A stretch of 63,266 nt of DNA, counting the filler, from Myxococcota bacterium (GTDB taxonomy: Bacteria > Myxococcota_C > UBA6777), in assembly GCA_023150835.1 (NCBI GenBank). It is 3 parts of 3 records of this genome, joined end to end, with 100 filler letters (N's around TTAATTAATTAA, not from the genome) between each part and the next. Parts side by side here need not be neighbours in the genome. Positions count along the whole stretch, not along the records: positions 1 to 22,144 come from JAKLKB010000157.1; 2 more parts are not named here. One strand, written 5' to 3'. This document shows positions 10,787 to 22,244 of the stretch, piece by piece. The first letter of the stretch is position 1. Every line of letters begins with the position of its first letter. A program made the translations under genes and the position numbers. Under the pieces are notes generated by a model. The model was not told the DNA's origin. It worked only from the letters and a program-made list of their open reading frames with translations, and searched no databases.

Positions 10787-11150
10787 AGACAACGAGCAAA
10801 ACCTGTATCTCTTGACGTTCATACTGGAGAAACACGGCTATGCGGTGATCTCCGCTCGCGATGGTTTACAAGGCGTCCAACTCGCCCAAACTCAACCGCT
10901 CGCTCTTATCCTCTTGGATATCCAATTGCCTCTCATGGACGGTTATGCTGTGGCTGCTTTGTTGCGTACCTACAACAGCCTTTCCCACACCCCCATCGTC
11001 GCAGTCACCTCCTACGCCATGTTTGGAGATCGAGAGCGCATCCTTGCCGCTGGATGTGATGGCTATATCGAAAAACCCATCAACCCCCAAACATTCGTTG
11101 AAGAGATCAACGAATACATCCGACGATCCTCCACTGCCTCCAGCGCTTGA
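10764..11150 (+). CDS. Single-domain response regulator (DivK-like receiver)
   Basis: ILIIEDN...LILLDIQLPLMDG...VTS...YIEKP; overlaps the end of the kinase. Confidence 0.92.
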   Translation: MQTILIIEDNEQNLYLLTFILEKHGYAVISARDGLQGVQLAQTQPLALILLDIQLPLMDGYAVAALLRTYNSLSHTPIVAVTSYAMFGDRERILAAGCDGYIEKPINPQTFVEEINEYIRRSSTASSA

Positions 11151-11193
11151 ACCAGCCGCACCCTTGTTTCTCTACCCGTGAGGACTTGAATCC

Positions 11194-14127
11194 ATGAGCC
11201 AGATCCTTGTCGTAGACGATCTTCCCTCCAATCGTTATCTACTGCGTTCGATCTTGGAGGCCAAAGGCTACGGAGTATCCGAAGCCTCCAACGGAGCCGA
11301 CGCCTTGGAGATGATGCGTCAGTCTCCCCCTCAACTCATCATCTCCGACATCTTGATGCCCCAAATGGACGGCTTTGTTTTTTGCCGCCGTTGTAAGGCC
11401 GAACCTGCCTTTTGCCATATCCCTTTTATCTTCTTCACCGCCACCTACACCGATGATCGCGATCGCGATCTCGCCGCAAAACTCGGCGTACACTGCTTTC
11501 TCACCAAGCCTTTCGAGCAAGCCACCCTTCTTTCTTCTGTTCAACAAGCCCTCCACACACAACACAGCCCGCTCCCCTCCACGAACAACCCTCCCCCCGA
11601 AGAAACCGTGTTTTTCCGCCTCTACAACGAGGCTCTTGTGCGGAAGTTAGAAGAGAAGATGTTGGCCCTCGAACAAAGCCTCCATGCCCTCGAACAAAGT
11701 GAGCATCGCTTCGAGTGGATGGTCCAACACACCGCTGACCTGATCGTCGTGTTAGACAGCCAAGACACCATTCGATACGCCAGCCCAGCTTGCCAACGCA
11801 TCTTTGGCTGCACACCCGATGCGATGGTGGGTACACGCCTATCCGCCCACATCCACCCCGAAGATCGCCCTCTGCTCGAAAAACACTTGCGCACAGGATG
11901 GCCGTACGAGGATGCCTCTCCGTATTTTTTCGAATTGCGCGGTCTCGGCAGCAACGGGCGTATTGTCGATATCGAGGCTGTCGGATCACCCTTGGCCAAC
12001 TCCCCCGAACTCCATGCACACTTGGCCGATGCACGCTTGGCCAACTCCCCCGAACTCCACGCTCGCATCGTCAACATACGCGATATCTCCGAACGAACAC
12101 GCCAAGACAAGCTGCTGCGCTATCAATCCTCCATCCTACGAAGCATCCAAGAAAGCGTGATCGTCACCGACCTCTTCGGGGCGATCACCTACTGGAACCA
12201 AGGTGCCACCGCGATCTTTGGCTACACCCAAGACGAGATGTTGGCCCAAACCCCCGCGCTGCTCTACCCCGATCAAGATCCCCATGCCCTCGCTGCCGAT
12301 CTTCGCCAAGTCTTAGAAGGCAAGGACTACGTGGGCCGATGGAAGAGCAAAACCAAAGCAGGACAAACCGTTTGGGTGGATATCAAAACCAGCTTGATGC
12401 TCGATATCTATGGCAAACCAACGGGGTTTATCGGTGTGGCCAAAGACGTCACCGAACAAGCCCTCTCCGAAGAATCCCTGCGCAAGCGCCTGATCGAGAT
12501 GGAAGCTGTCTCAGTCCTCTCCTGCCATCTGCGTCAAGCACAAACCATCGAAAGCATCTTGCCCGTACTACTTGAACAAAGCCTCTCTGCTTTGGAACTC
12601 GACACAGGGTTTGTTTTGCTCACCCAACCCCCTCCCACCGACTTCTGCGTGACCGCCAAAGGCTGGCCTGCCTCCATCAAGATCTCAAAGGCCCAGCTCT
12701 CCGAAGGGATCACTGGGGCTGTGTTTCGTACAGGCAAACCCCACAAAACAACCGAGATCGTTTCCGATCCTCTTTTGTACAAACCTTTTCAAGAGATCAC
12801 CCCCGAAGGATGGGGCGGACTCTTTATCCCCATCCGCACCAGTACCACAACGATCGGCATCCTTTCCGTTTGCGCGCCTTCCACTCGCGAGTTCACCCAC
12901 GAAGAGGAGCGGCTGTTGCTGTCTCTGGCCGAGATCACAGGAACCGCCATCCAGCGCCTTTCCCTCCACCAAGAAACCAAAACACGCCTCCAACAATTGC
13001 AATCATTACAGAGGATCGACCAATCCATCGCTTCCAGTTTGGATCTGCGCGTGACTCTTCAGATCTTGCTTGAACAAGCTATCGCGCACCTCGGCGTCGA
13101 TGCCGCTGGCGTGTTGCTCCTTCAACCCAAGTCTGTTGTGCTTGCCCACGCAGCAAGCCGAGGGATAGACAGCCATCTCTACGGGCAAGCCCGCATCCGA
13201 CTCGGTGAAGGCATCGCTGGAAAAGCCGCTCTCGAACGCCACCCCAATATCTGCCACGATCTCCGTGTAGAGCCCGGTTTTATCCGAAAAAGCCTCCTCA
13301 GCGAGAAGCAGATCGTCGGGTACGCTGTCCTGCCTCTCCTCGCAAAAGGCCAAATCAAAGGCGTCTTGGAGATCTTCCACCGACAACCCTTTTATCCTGC
13401 CCCCGACGGATGGTCTTTCTTAGAAGCTCTTGCAGGACAAGCCGCCATCGCCATCGACAACGCCCAACTCTTCGACAACTTACAACGCTCCAATACCGAA
13501 CTGATCTTGGCTTACGACACCACCATCGAAGGTTGGTCTCATGCCCTCGATCTGCGCGACAAAGAAACCGAAGGACACACACGCCGCGTCACAGACATGA
13601 CGCTCCGATTGGCCCGTTCCATCGGAATGACCGAAGAAGAACTCGTCCATGTTCGGCGCGGTGCATTGCTCCATGACATCGGAAAGTTAGGCGTCCCTGA
13701 TGCGATTCTTCACAAGGCAGGCCCCCTCACCCCCGACGAATGGGTGATCATGCGCCAACATACCCAATTCGCCTACGACATGCTTTGGCCGATCACCTAC
13801 CTGCGACCTGCGATCGATATCCCCTTTTGCCACCACGAAAAATGGGACGGCACAGGCTACCCACGCGGACTCGAAGGCGAGCAGATCCCCCTCGCTGCAA
13901 GGCTTTTTGCCGTCGTCGATGTCTGGGATGCTTTGCGCTCTGATCGCCCCTACCGCAAAGGCTGGGAGCTTGAGCGCATCCTCGAATACATCCGTTCGCT
14001 CGATGGAACGCACTTTGACCCCCAAGCCGTCGCCACCTTCTTTGAGGTCGTGTCCAACCCTCACAACGAACCACACCCAAACCATCCAGAGCTTCTTTCC
14101 CGCCACGCCCCGCTCTCCTCGATATGA
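11194..14127 (+). CDS. REC-PAS-PAS-GAF-GAF-HD-GYP cyclic dinucleotide phosphodiesterase
   Basis: N-terminal receiver (VVDD, SDILMP, TKP), two PAS, two GAF, then ETEGHTRRV, LLHDIGK and HHEKWDGTGYP. Confidence 0.93.
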   Translation: MSQILVVDDLPSNRYLLRSILEAKGYGVSEASNGADALEMMRQSPPQLIISDILMPQMDGFVFCRRCKAEPAFCHIPFIFFTATYTDDRDRDLAAKLGVHCFLTKPFEQATLLSSVQQALHTQHSPLPSTNNPPPEETVFFRLYNEALVRKLEEKMLALEQSLHALEQSEHRFEWMVQHTADLIVVLDSQDTIRYASPACQRIFGCTPDAMVGTRLSAHIHPEDRPLLEKHLRTGWPYEDASPYFFELRGLGSNGRIVDIEAVGSPLANSPELHAHLADARLANSPELHARIVNIRDISERTRQDKLLRYQSSILRSIQESVIVTDLFGAITYWNQGATAIFGYTQDEMLAQTPALLYPDQDPHALAADLRQVLEGKDYVGRWKSKTKAGQTVWVDIKTSLMLDIYGKPTGFIGVAKDVTEQALSEESLRKRLIEMEAVSVLSCHLRQAQTIESILPVLLEQSLSALELDTGFVLLTQPPPTDFCVTAKGWPASIKISKAQLSEGITGAVFRTGKPHKTTEIVSDPLLYKPFQEITPEGWGGLFIPIRTSTTTIGILSVCAPSTREFTHEEERLLLSLAEITGTAIQRLSLHQETKTRLQQLQSLQRIDQSIASSLDLRVTLQILLEQAIAHLGVDAAGVLLLQPKSVVLAHAASRGIDSHLYGQARIRLGEGIAGKAALERHPNICHDLRVEPGFIRKSLLSEKQIVGYAVLPLLAKGQIKGVLEIFHRQPFYPAPDGWSFLEALAGQAAIAIDNAQLFDNLQRSNTELILAYDTTIEGWSHALDLRDKETEGHTRRVTDMTLRLARSIGMTEEELVHVRRGALLHDIGKLGVPDAILHKAGPLTPDEWVIMRQHTQFAYDMLWPITYLRPAIDIPFCHHEKWDGTGYPRGLEGEQIPLAARLFAVVDVWDALRSDRPYRKGWELERILEYIRSLDGTHFDPQAVATFFEVVSNPHNEPHPNHPELLSRHAPLSSI

Positions 14128-14216
14128 CCCAGTCGCCCCAAATCCCCGCGTTCGTGGACTTTCAATCGACATAGGACTTACGCAGTTCGATACGAAAAAG
14201 GCAGATGTTCGGACGT

Positions 14217-14958
14217 GGGCGGTTCGCGAACCGCCCCTACAACGTTCTGATATCTCAGGGTTTCCCTTTTCAACTGCGTAATACGATATCCGCTAGATGT
14301 GTGATCGAACAGATCGATAAAAATCCCCGTGGATCGGTAAGCGGGCCTATGCAATACGCCCCACCATACGGTAACAGAACACACGGATATCGTATCACCT
14401 TTTTTATACAAGACATTTCCCCGAGAAACGGTCGGGCAGCCACGGGGGGCTGCCCCTACAAAAACAACGAATCCTACGGATGATACGACATCCTGTTGTT
14501 GTATGCTCATGTCTACTCGATGATCCAGGTCCCGATAGACGGGCGGTTCACGAACAGACCCTACATCATCCGATCACCCATCCGGCGGATTTTGTATGAT
14601 TTGCGTAACGTCAGCCCCGTCCCTGTAGGGACAGCCCCCATACGCGCCTTGTTAAGGTGGAAACCTCGTAGAGTCGGTCTTGATCGCCTTTTTTTTCTCC
14701 CCCCCTCAATCCCCCCGGCCAACGGGGGGAAGTTGGAACGGGTAGCGTCTGCGTCTCGTGCATACAGCGTGCGTCGGGGGCAGCCCCCCGTGGATGCCCA
14801 ACCGACGGACGTTTTACACAACCATGTTCCCGTTTCTATCGTCACGCGGGATCCGCATATTGTGTGATCGAGCAGAACGATGAACATCCCCGTGTATAGG
14901 GTCAGAGCGTATGCAATACACCCCATCGTACGTTAACGGAACACACGGATTTCGTATA
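14217..14958. repeat. Mosaic cluster of REP / family C / family A repeats
   Basis: gggcggttcgcgaaccgcccctac (14217); atacgatatccg...cggatatcgtat (14281-14395); gggcagccacggggggctgcccctac (14434); family A core (14639-14773); cggatttcgtat (~14947). Confidence 0.8.
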
Positions 14959-15154
14959 AGTCCTATCGACAGTACTGTGGGCCTGAAAAACGCCCTACAC
15001 CCCGCGTTCCTTCAACCCTCACCGCGAAACACACCCAGCCCCGCACCTTTTCGCAACCTACGCTCGTTGCAGACGATAATTGCGAGATGTATCCTCTTGC
15101 CTTCGCTGCCGCACGACAAAACAAGCGGCAAAGCCCAAAAAACAGGAGCGTGGT

Positions 15155-18100
15155 ATGCCACGGATCGATCGGCCCCAAAACCATTTGCCGCAAAGAACGC
15201 CCTCGACTCTCGACAACAACGACAAGCTTTCTCGGCTAGTGGCTTCACAACCCCACCTCAAAACCTCCCAAGACCTGATCAATCACCTCTACGCACAAGG
15301 CGGCGGAACATGGGAAGGCGCAACCCGCAGCGCACGCGATCTCGGCGTCGATATCCAAGACCTCCTGCGTGATCGCCAAGCCGCTCTCAAACCACCCACA
15401 CCTTCGGCCTCTTCCAACACACCTTCGGCCTCTTCCAACACACCTTCGGCCTCTTCCAACACACCTTCGGCCTCTTCCAACACACCTTCGGCCTCTTCCA
15501 ACACACCTTCGGCCTCTTCCAACACACCTTCGGCCTCTTCCCGCAAACCGCTTCGAGGCTCCGCGCCCCGAACAGGACACCTTGCTCGGTCGAACCTCTT
15601 CCCCTGCCTCTTCCTCCACCCTTCCCAACGCCACCCACCAGCCGAGCCGCAATGTCCGCGCTCTCGCACTCGAAAGCCTCGCTCAACCCACCCTCACAGG
15701 ATTACGCGATGCGGCTTTGTCCCCACTCGCGGATCTCCAAGCCATCAAAAACAATCTTGCCCAAGGGATCGCCCCTGACCCCTTGTCTCTCGTCGGCCAA
15801 ATGAAAGACGGGGATATCCGTATGTCTGTCCCCTTGACCAAAGAGATGATCAACAACGGCATGTTGAAACTTGGCGACAACGCACGCGCAGAAGTGTCTT
15901 TCGCCGTCAAAGACGGACAGATCGACTTCTCAAAAACTCGCGTCGATCTCCAAGACGTCCGCGCACTCGGACTCTTCAAAGTCAAAGGACTGGAGATCGA
16001 TCGCAATGGTCGTTTGCGCGCCGATACGATCTTCCGCCCCGATGTCACCAAGAAATTGCTCGGAGCCGATCGCATCCCTCCCACGATGGAAGGGCTGTCT
16101 CAAGTCCTCAAAGCCCAAAGCGAGCGCAGCAACGGTGCAGCAGGCTCCTTTCCTCTGCCCAACGATATCCTGATCCAAGCCGAAGGCATCGCGTTGCGCA
16201 CCGATCGCCCGATCTCTTTGGGCGGCGGAAACCTGCTCGATCTCAAAGAAGGAACCCGCGTCGATCTCCAAGGCGATCTCCGCCACGCCACCCTCACAGG
16301 ACGCGGTGGCATCGACCAATTGAAACTCGAAGGCCAAGGCTCCAAGATCGATCTCGGTTCGGGACAGATCGCCTTTCGCGCAGAGATGGATCGCGATGCA
16401 CAAGGCCATATCCGCGCCGATCTACAGATCGATCGGGCGGATGTTGCGGTGCGATCACTCCAACACCAAAGCCGAAGCGAACGCTTGCAAGTCGAACAGG
16501 CCGGACTGCGCAACGGGCAGATCCGCGCACAAGTCAACATCGACGCCGACGGCAAGCCGCAGATCGGCTCCGTCCAACTCAACGGCGAACTGGCCGCATC
16601 CTCGGTGCAATTGGAAAAAGAAGGCCAAGTCTCTCTTGCGGCCCGCGATCTGCGCGCCAATGTCAGCCTGACCGAAGATGGACGCCAACTTAGCCAAGGC
16701 CCCGACCGCATCCGATTGACGGGAGTGGATGCGACGGTGGATCGCTTGTACGTGCAAAGCGCAAAGGGTGATCGCGCCGAGATGCGCGGAACCATCGAAG
16801 ACGCCAGCTTCGGGCAAGAGCGCACCAGCCAAGCGGCCCCCACACCTTACGCGGAGATTCCGCGCTTTCAAGGCACCCTCAGCGGCCAATTGCAGCGCGA
16901 TCCAGACGGACGCAAAGCCGAAGTCACCCTCCAAGAAGCCACCGTATCAGGTTCTGTGCGTGCGGATGCTCGGGGGATTGCAGCAGACGTACAGGTCGAG
17001 CGCGTCGATACCTCGGTGCGCGATCTGGCGGTCTCGCATGGCGGCCACAGCGTCGATATCCGCGAAGGCTCGTTGGTGGGGCGCGGTGATGTAGCCTTGG
17101 GTGGGGGGGGACTACAAGCCGATGCTTCGGGGCGTGTGCGTGGATCGTTGCGCGATGGAAAGATCGATCTCGGTGCCTTGGGGCGCGTCGATCTCGCCGA
17201 TGGCACCCAAGCCGATCTACACGTCGATCGCGCAAAATTCGGATCACAGGGCATCCAAGACCTTTCGGCCAAAGGCACCGCCAGCATCGGCGTGGATGAC
17301 GGTCGCATCCGCCTCAATGGCCTTGGAGAGATCGATATCGCCCGAGGTTCCCGCGCAGATGTCGAGGTCTTGTCCTCTACATTGGGACCGCGCCTGAACG
17401 AAGGCCGCTTTGAAGCGCGTGGCCGAATCCAAGGGGGATTGGATCGTGGAACCCTACGCCTCGGCGATATCGCCGATGTCGATCTCCAAGGCACACGCTT
17501 CGATCTCGACCTCAAGCACATCGAGAAAAAACCCAACCAAGCCCTCCCCTCGCTGCGTGGGGATATGAAGCTTGAAACCGACATGGCCGTCGGCCTTCGC
17601 CAAGCCCTCAAGACGCGACTCGGTGAGACCGCTGTCAAGGATATCGAAGGTCGCGTCGCTCTCGATCTCAAAGATGTCCTAGTCGACGGCACAGGCCGCG
17701 TCAACATCGAACGCGCTGGCGTCCAACTTGACGCCAAGATCGGCGAGATATCCGGCAAGATCAACCTCGATCCGCAAGCCTTGCGCCTCCCCTCCACCAC
17801 CCCTTCGACCGCACACCCCTCTGCTGTCACCACTCCTTCGACTGCACACGCCACTTCCGCCGCGCCTTCGGCCGCTCTCTCCAACGTAGCACGCCTTGAT
17901 GCCTCCAAGCCCGTTATCGATCAACCCCTTGCCATCGACCCGATGGCGATCGCCAAACGCATCCAAAACGGTGTCGTCGATGTCGAGCTTCCGATCCAAG
18001 AGGCCGGGATCGAAAACACCACCAAGATCCTCGGTCTGCGCACCTTGGATGTCGCTCCTGACACCAAACTGATCGCCAAGCTCCATGTCGAAGATGGCCG

Positions 18101-19598
18101 TATCAACTACGAAAAAAGCAGCATCCGCTTAAACAAGCCGATCGAAGCCCTCGGGATGTTCGACCTCAACCTGCCCCGCATCAACAAAGACGGCAAAGTC
18201 GTGGTCGGTGTCATGGGCAAAGATATCAACATCACAAACTGGGTACTCGGACGCGAACAACTCCCAAGCCGCGTCTCCAACTTTGTCGATGAAGCCGCCT
18301 CTTGGCAAAAATCCTCCACAGGCGGCTCCGTCGATATCCAACGCTCCCTCGATCAAGCAGGACGCTTCGCATCGCTCGGTGGCTTGAGCTTCAAAGCCCA
18401 AGGTGTCTCTCTTGCTCCCGGGCGTTTGCAGATCGGCGACAACGATTACATCGAACTCGACGGCTCCAACCGTGTCGACCTCCAAGGAAACGCTCAACAG
18501 GTCTCGATCAAAGGTGAACTCCCCGCCAACAAAACCTTCGTCGATCTGGGCGGAAGCCGCTTGGATATCGCAGAAGGCCGTGTCCGTTTCGAGGCCGATA
18601 TCCAAACGGGACTCTCGACCACAGGCCGACTTGATGGCGCCTCACAGATCGACGTCCGCCTCGCCATCCCCAAAGCCTCCGTCAACGAGCTTTATCACGC
18701 CCGCGACAACGGCGATCACTTCCACCTCAAGTCCGGCGAGATCCAAGACGCCCAACTCCACCTACAACACCGATTCAACGTCCAAAACGACGGCACCCTT
18801 CGATCCAAAACCTCGCCCAAAGTCGATCTTTCGGTGGGCCGCTTTGTCGGAAAGATGGGCGCAAGCGAGATCACCCTGCGCAACTCAGACGGAACACCCG
18901 CCAAGATGGCTCTCCAAGAAGCACAAGCCTCTGGAAGCCTCCGCGCCGATACCAACGGCCTCACCGCCGCTCTCGATCTTTCCGCAGTCAAAGCCTCCTT
19001 GCGTGGCCTCGATCTCGACGCCGTCGGCCAAAAGATCGTCGACTTGGATGGTTCTCTACAAGGCGCAGGCCGCTTGTCGCTCGATCCACGCACAGGATTC
19101 AACCTCGACGGAAACTTCCAGATCGACGGAAACGTCCAAGACGCCCGTATCCGCATGGGAAACCACGTCGACTTGGATCTCAGCACCAACAGCCAAGCCT
19201 CGATCGCTCTACGCAAACTCGGCTTTGGACCCCAAGGTTTGCGCCTTGATGGTGATCTGACCGTCGACGCCGGACTCGATCGCGGCTCCATGCAAGTCGG
19301 CGATCGCCCTCCCCTTCGCTTCGAAAAAGGTTCCTCTTTGCGTATGTCCTCGCACCTCAAACACGATGACCTCGGCCCCTCCCTTACCCTCAACGGCCAC
19401 CTCCACGCCAAACTCGCTCACGGCCAAAGCCTCGGCGCTGTCGACACTTCACGCGGCACGCTCGACGCCAGTCTCGACGGCGGCATCGCTGATATCAACC
19501 TCGGCGATATCACCCTCCAGCCTGATGGAGCCTACAAGATCAAAGATCCTTCCATCTCCCTGCGCCTTGACTTGAGCAAGCTCTCCCTCCACCAATAA
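15155..19598 (+). CDS. ~1480-aa internally duplicated beta-strand-rich protein; frameshift at the end of a 21-bp VNTR (~15541)
   Basis: ATG 15155 with AGGAG RBS reads MPRIDRP...(TPSASSN)n. The long Gly/Leu/Asp-rich ORF continues in the +1 frame from ANRFEAP to the stop at 19598. Confidence 0.75.
15398..15541 (+). repeat. 21-bp coding tandem repeat (TPSASSN x~7)
   Basis: acaccttcggcctcttccaac, six full copies plus one partial. Confidence 0.95.
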
Positions 19599-19714
19599 GC
19601 CGCCTCGCATCCACCACAAACTGATGCGCACAGCCCTTTGGCGTACACCATCTGTCGTCATCCGTCGGCGCTGCTCAAAGGGCCGATGCCTACGGCCCTT
19701 TGGAGGTAGCCCCT

Positions 19715-20464
19715 ATGGCCCTACAAGATATCCTCGACTTGCTACGAAACAGCCCGCTCGATACCAGCTTTGTATTGCGCCTTGGCGAGATCCCCGCACC
19801 TTTGCTCCACCACTTCGCCTGCGATTGTGCCGAGCGCGTCTTTCTTCATCCCGCATCTCTCGGCGGATGCCCTCCCCTGCCCTTGCGCCAACTCCTCCAC
19901 GCCAAACGCGCTTGGATCGAAGGCTCCCTCCCCAACCAACAACTCCAAGAACACCTCGACGCCACACAAACGCTGCTCTCCGATCCCTCTGATGCTGTCT
20001 TGGCCGTCCTTCGTGCTGCTTCACTTGATCCCGCTTACGCTGCCCTCCAAGCCTCTCAAAAAGCCGCGTGGGCTTGCTTTGAGCAGACCTTTGACCAAGA
20101 ACTCGAACACACCGAACAACGCTTCCGCACTCACGACATCCTCGGCCCCTTGTTCGGTGAAGCCCCCCTTGGAGCCGCCTTGCGCGCTGTCGGCCTCGCC
20201 GTCCTCACACCCCGCAAAACCGCCTCCCTCCTCCTCCAAAGCCTCCGCGACGAAGTCGTCGAAGTCGTTGATGACTTTCAACGCTCCTTTTCTTCCCGCC
20301 GCCTCGAAGCCGATTGGCAACGACAACACCTGATCTCCTTACTCTCCACCTACCAACAACACCGCGCCCGTCTGTTGTCCTTGCTCTACCAACGCGCCTT
20401 AGAAAAAGATCAAACCTTTCGACGCGCTCGCTTTCTTCTCGAAGCCTCTCTCTTTTCCACCTAA
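19715..20464 (+). CDS. Hypothetical protein, Imm5-like putative immunity domain
   Basis: GGAGGT RBS; HFACDCAERV...AKRAWIEG...Ala-rich helices...EADWQRQHL pattern resembles Imm5-like proteins (from memory). Confidence 0.6.
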   Translation: MALQDILDLLRNSPLDTSFVLRLGEIPAPLLHHFACDCAERVFLHPASLGGCPPLPLRQLLHAKRAWIEGSLPNQQLQEHLDATQTLLSDPSDAVLAVLRAASLDPAYAALQASQKAAWACFEQTFDQELEHTEQRFRTHDILGPLFGEAPLGAALRAVGLAVLTPRKTASLLLQSLRDEVVEVVDDFQRSFSSRRLEADWQRQHLISLLSTYQQHRARLLSLLYQRALEKDQTFRRARFLLEASLFST

Positions 20465-20530
20465 GCGTTTGTTCAATGGGTTTGTTTTTTTGTTTTTTGT
20501 TTTTGTGGGGCGCTGCCCCACACCCCGCAA

Positions 20531-20826
20531 GGGCTGCCCCTACACCGTTACGGTAACGCTATCGGCGGATCTCGTATAATAGGGCAGCCACAGGGGGCTG
20601 CCCCTACACCGTTACGGTAACGCTATCGGCGGATCTCGTATAATAGGGCAGCCACAGGGGGCTACCCCTACATCTTTACGATCACACAACAGGCGGATCT
20701 CGTATAATAGGGCAGCCACAGGGGGCTGCCCCTACACCGTTACGGTAACACAACAGGCGGATCTCGTATAATAGGGCAGCCACTGCCCCTACACCGTTAC
20801 GGTAACACAACAGGCGGATCTCGTAT
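20531..20826. repeat. Tandem array of ~64-bp REP-containing units (about 4.6 copies)
   Basis: Unit ggcggatctcgtataatagggcagccacagggggctgcccctacaccgttacggtaac.. starts at 20564, 20628, 20692, 20756 and 20813. Inter-palindrome sequence is near-identical, so it is not a CRISPR. Confidence 0.9.
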
Positions 20827-20943
20827 CAAGTGCCGCGAACACGGCTTTTTTTGACCGTGCAAACGCAAACTCCAGAACCACCCTCCCCAAAGAAAGGACG
20901 GCGCTCCCTCCCCCAGCAAGGAGGTCTCCGCGCCGAAGAGTCC

Positions 20944-21684
20944 ATGAAAGACTTATCCGCGACACAACACAACACCCAAGCCGCCTACGAAAAACATCTC
21001 GCCGCCTTCCAATCCGTCCCCCGCGATCAAGCTATCTTGCCCATCTATTCGATCTCTGATTCGATCTTTTTGGGCTTGTGGGTCGCCAAACACGCAGAAC
21101 AAGACCATCAACGCCTCAAAAAACTCCACGATATCGGCGAGATCCACTACGACCTCATCGAATCCCTCCACTCGTTGGTCCTTGGTTTGTGGCACGCACA
21201 AACCCTCTGGCAAAACGCACGCAAACACACCTCCAACAAACCTCAAAAAACCACCCACAAACAAGCCGTCGCCCTACGCAAAGAACTCCTCGAAGCCGCC
21301 GACTACGTTTGGCGCGCTGATCCCGATATCAAAAACATCCTCAAAGATATCCGCAAAGGCTCCGGGGCACAGAACCTCGCCGAAGATATCCAACGCCTTG
21401 TCGCTGTCTTCGAAGATCACTGGGCCGATGCCGACGGGCGATGCGCTATCTCCTATCAAGACCTCGCATCTGCCGAACAACTCGCTCTCTCCCTCCTTCA
21501 CGGCACCGTGACGGATGGCCCCCACAACTCGCTCGTGATCCGCAACCAAGCCTTTGTCCTCTTCCACCGCTCCTACAAAGAAACCTGCGACGCTGGCCGC
21601 TTTCTCTATCGCAACGACCCTCCCACCGCCGCCAAACGATACCCCCGCCTCCAACATCTCAAATCTTCTTCCCTCCCCCAATAA
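20944..21684 (+). CDS. Hypothetical all-alpha protein
   Basis: 246-aa ORF with host-like codon usage; no recognised motif. Confidence 0.7.
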   Translation: MKDLSATQHNTQAAYEKHLAAFQSVPRDQAILPIYSISDSIFLGLWVAKHAEQDHQRLKKLHDIGEIHYDLIESLHSLVLGLWHAQTLWQNARKHTSNKPQKTTHKQAVALRKELLEAADYVWRADPDIKNILKDIRKGSGAQNLAEDIQRLVAVFEDHWADADGRCAISYQDLASAEQLALSLLHGTVTDGPHNSLVIRNQAFVLFHRSYKETCDAGRFLYRNDPPTAAKRYPRLQHLKSSSLPQ

Positions 21685-21723
21685 TACGGTATCCGAGTGG
21701 TGTGTACACGGATATCTCGTATC

Positions 21724-21978
21724 ATACGAAATCCGCCTATTGCGTGATCGTAAAACGTAGGGGCAGACAGGTGTGGCTGCCCAACCACAGGGCAGTTACA
21801 GCGGATCGCACCGACCCTTCGTGTACACATCTTTCGGATATCGTATCAGAGGGTGTCTAAAACAGTGAGATCTTTTGGACTGGTACACATAAACATCGAA
21901 GGATTGGCGCTCTTCTTACCCCTCACCCCCCCAGCCCCCCTCTCCCCGCTTGCTGCGCTGCGGAGGCGAGGGGGGAGA
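21724..21978. repeat. Family C element (21724-21846) and a CCCTCACCCC..CCCCTCTCCC..GGGGGAG hairpin repeat (21919-21978)
   Basis: atacgaaatccg...gtaggggcag...ctgccc...cggatatcgtat, followed by a GC-rich stem-loop. Confidence 0.7.
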
Positions 21979-22144
21979 AAAGCGGAACATCCGAAAGGAT
22001 GGTGAAGGATTGCAAACTTTGCCTTGCATCGAAGACGGGTGGAACGAAAGAATAGAAGAGAAAGAAAAGCAGACAATGCATAAAAAGACGGATAATCCGC
22101 ATGATTTGTCTTATTCTTTCCCCCTCTCTACGCAGCGATTCTTA

Positions 22145-22244
22145 NNNNNNNNNNNNNNNNNNNNNNNNNNNNNNNNNNNNNNNNNNNNTTAATTAATTAA
22201 NNNNNNNNNNNNNNNNNNNNNNNNNNNNNNNNNNNNNNNNNNNN
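22145..22244. other. Artificial contig linker (N44-TTAATTAATTAA-N44)
   Basis: Ns flanking a six-frame stop cassette; adjacency across it is not guaranteed. Confidence 0.97.

Noticed and set aside
15369-15540. (HLRPLPT)n as the true N-terminus of the giant protein
   Set aside because: There is no RBS, and the alternative frame from ATG 15155 has an AGGAG RBS and a typical Ser/Thr/Pro linker.
20531-20826. Possible CRISPR array
   Set aside because: Sequences between the palindromes are near-identical, the palindrome is a dispersed REP, and no cas genes are present.
22145-22244. TTAATTAATTAA palindrome as a biological site (also 46285-46296)
   Set aside because: It is a standard six-frame-stop linker inside N padding.
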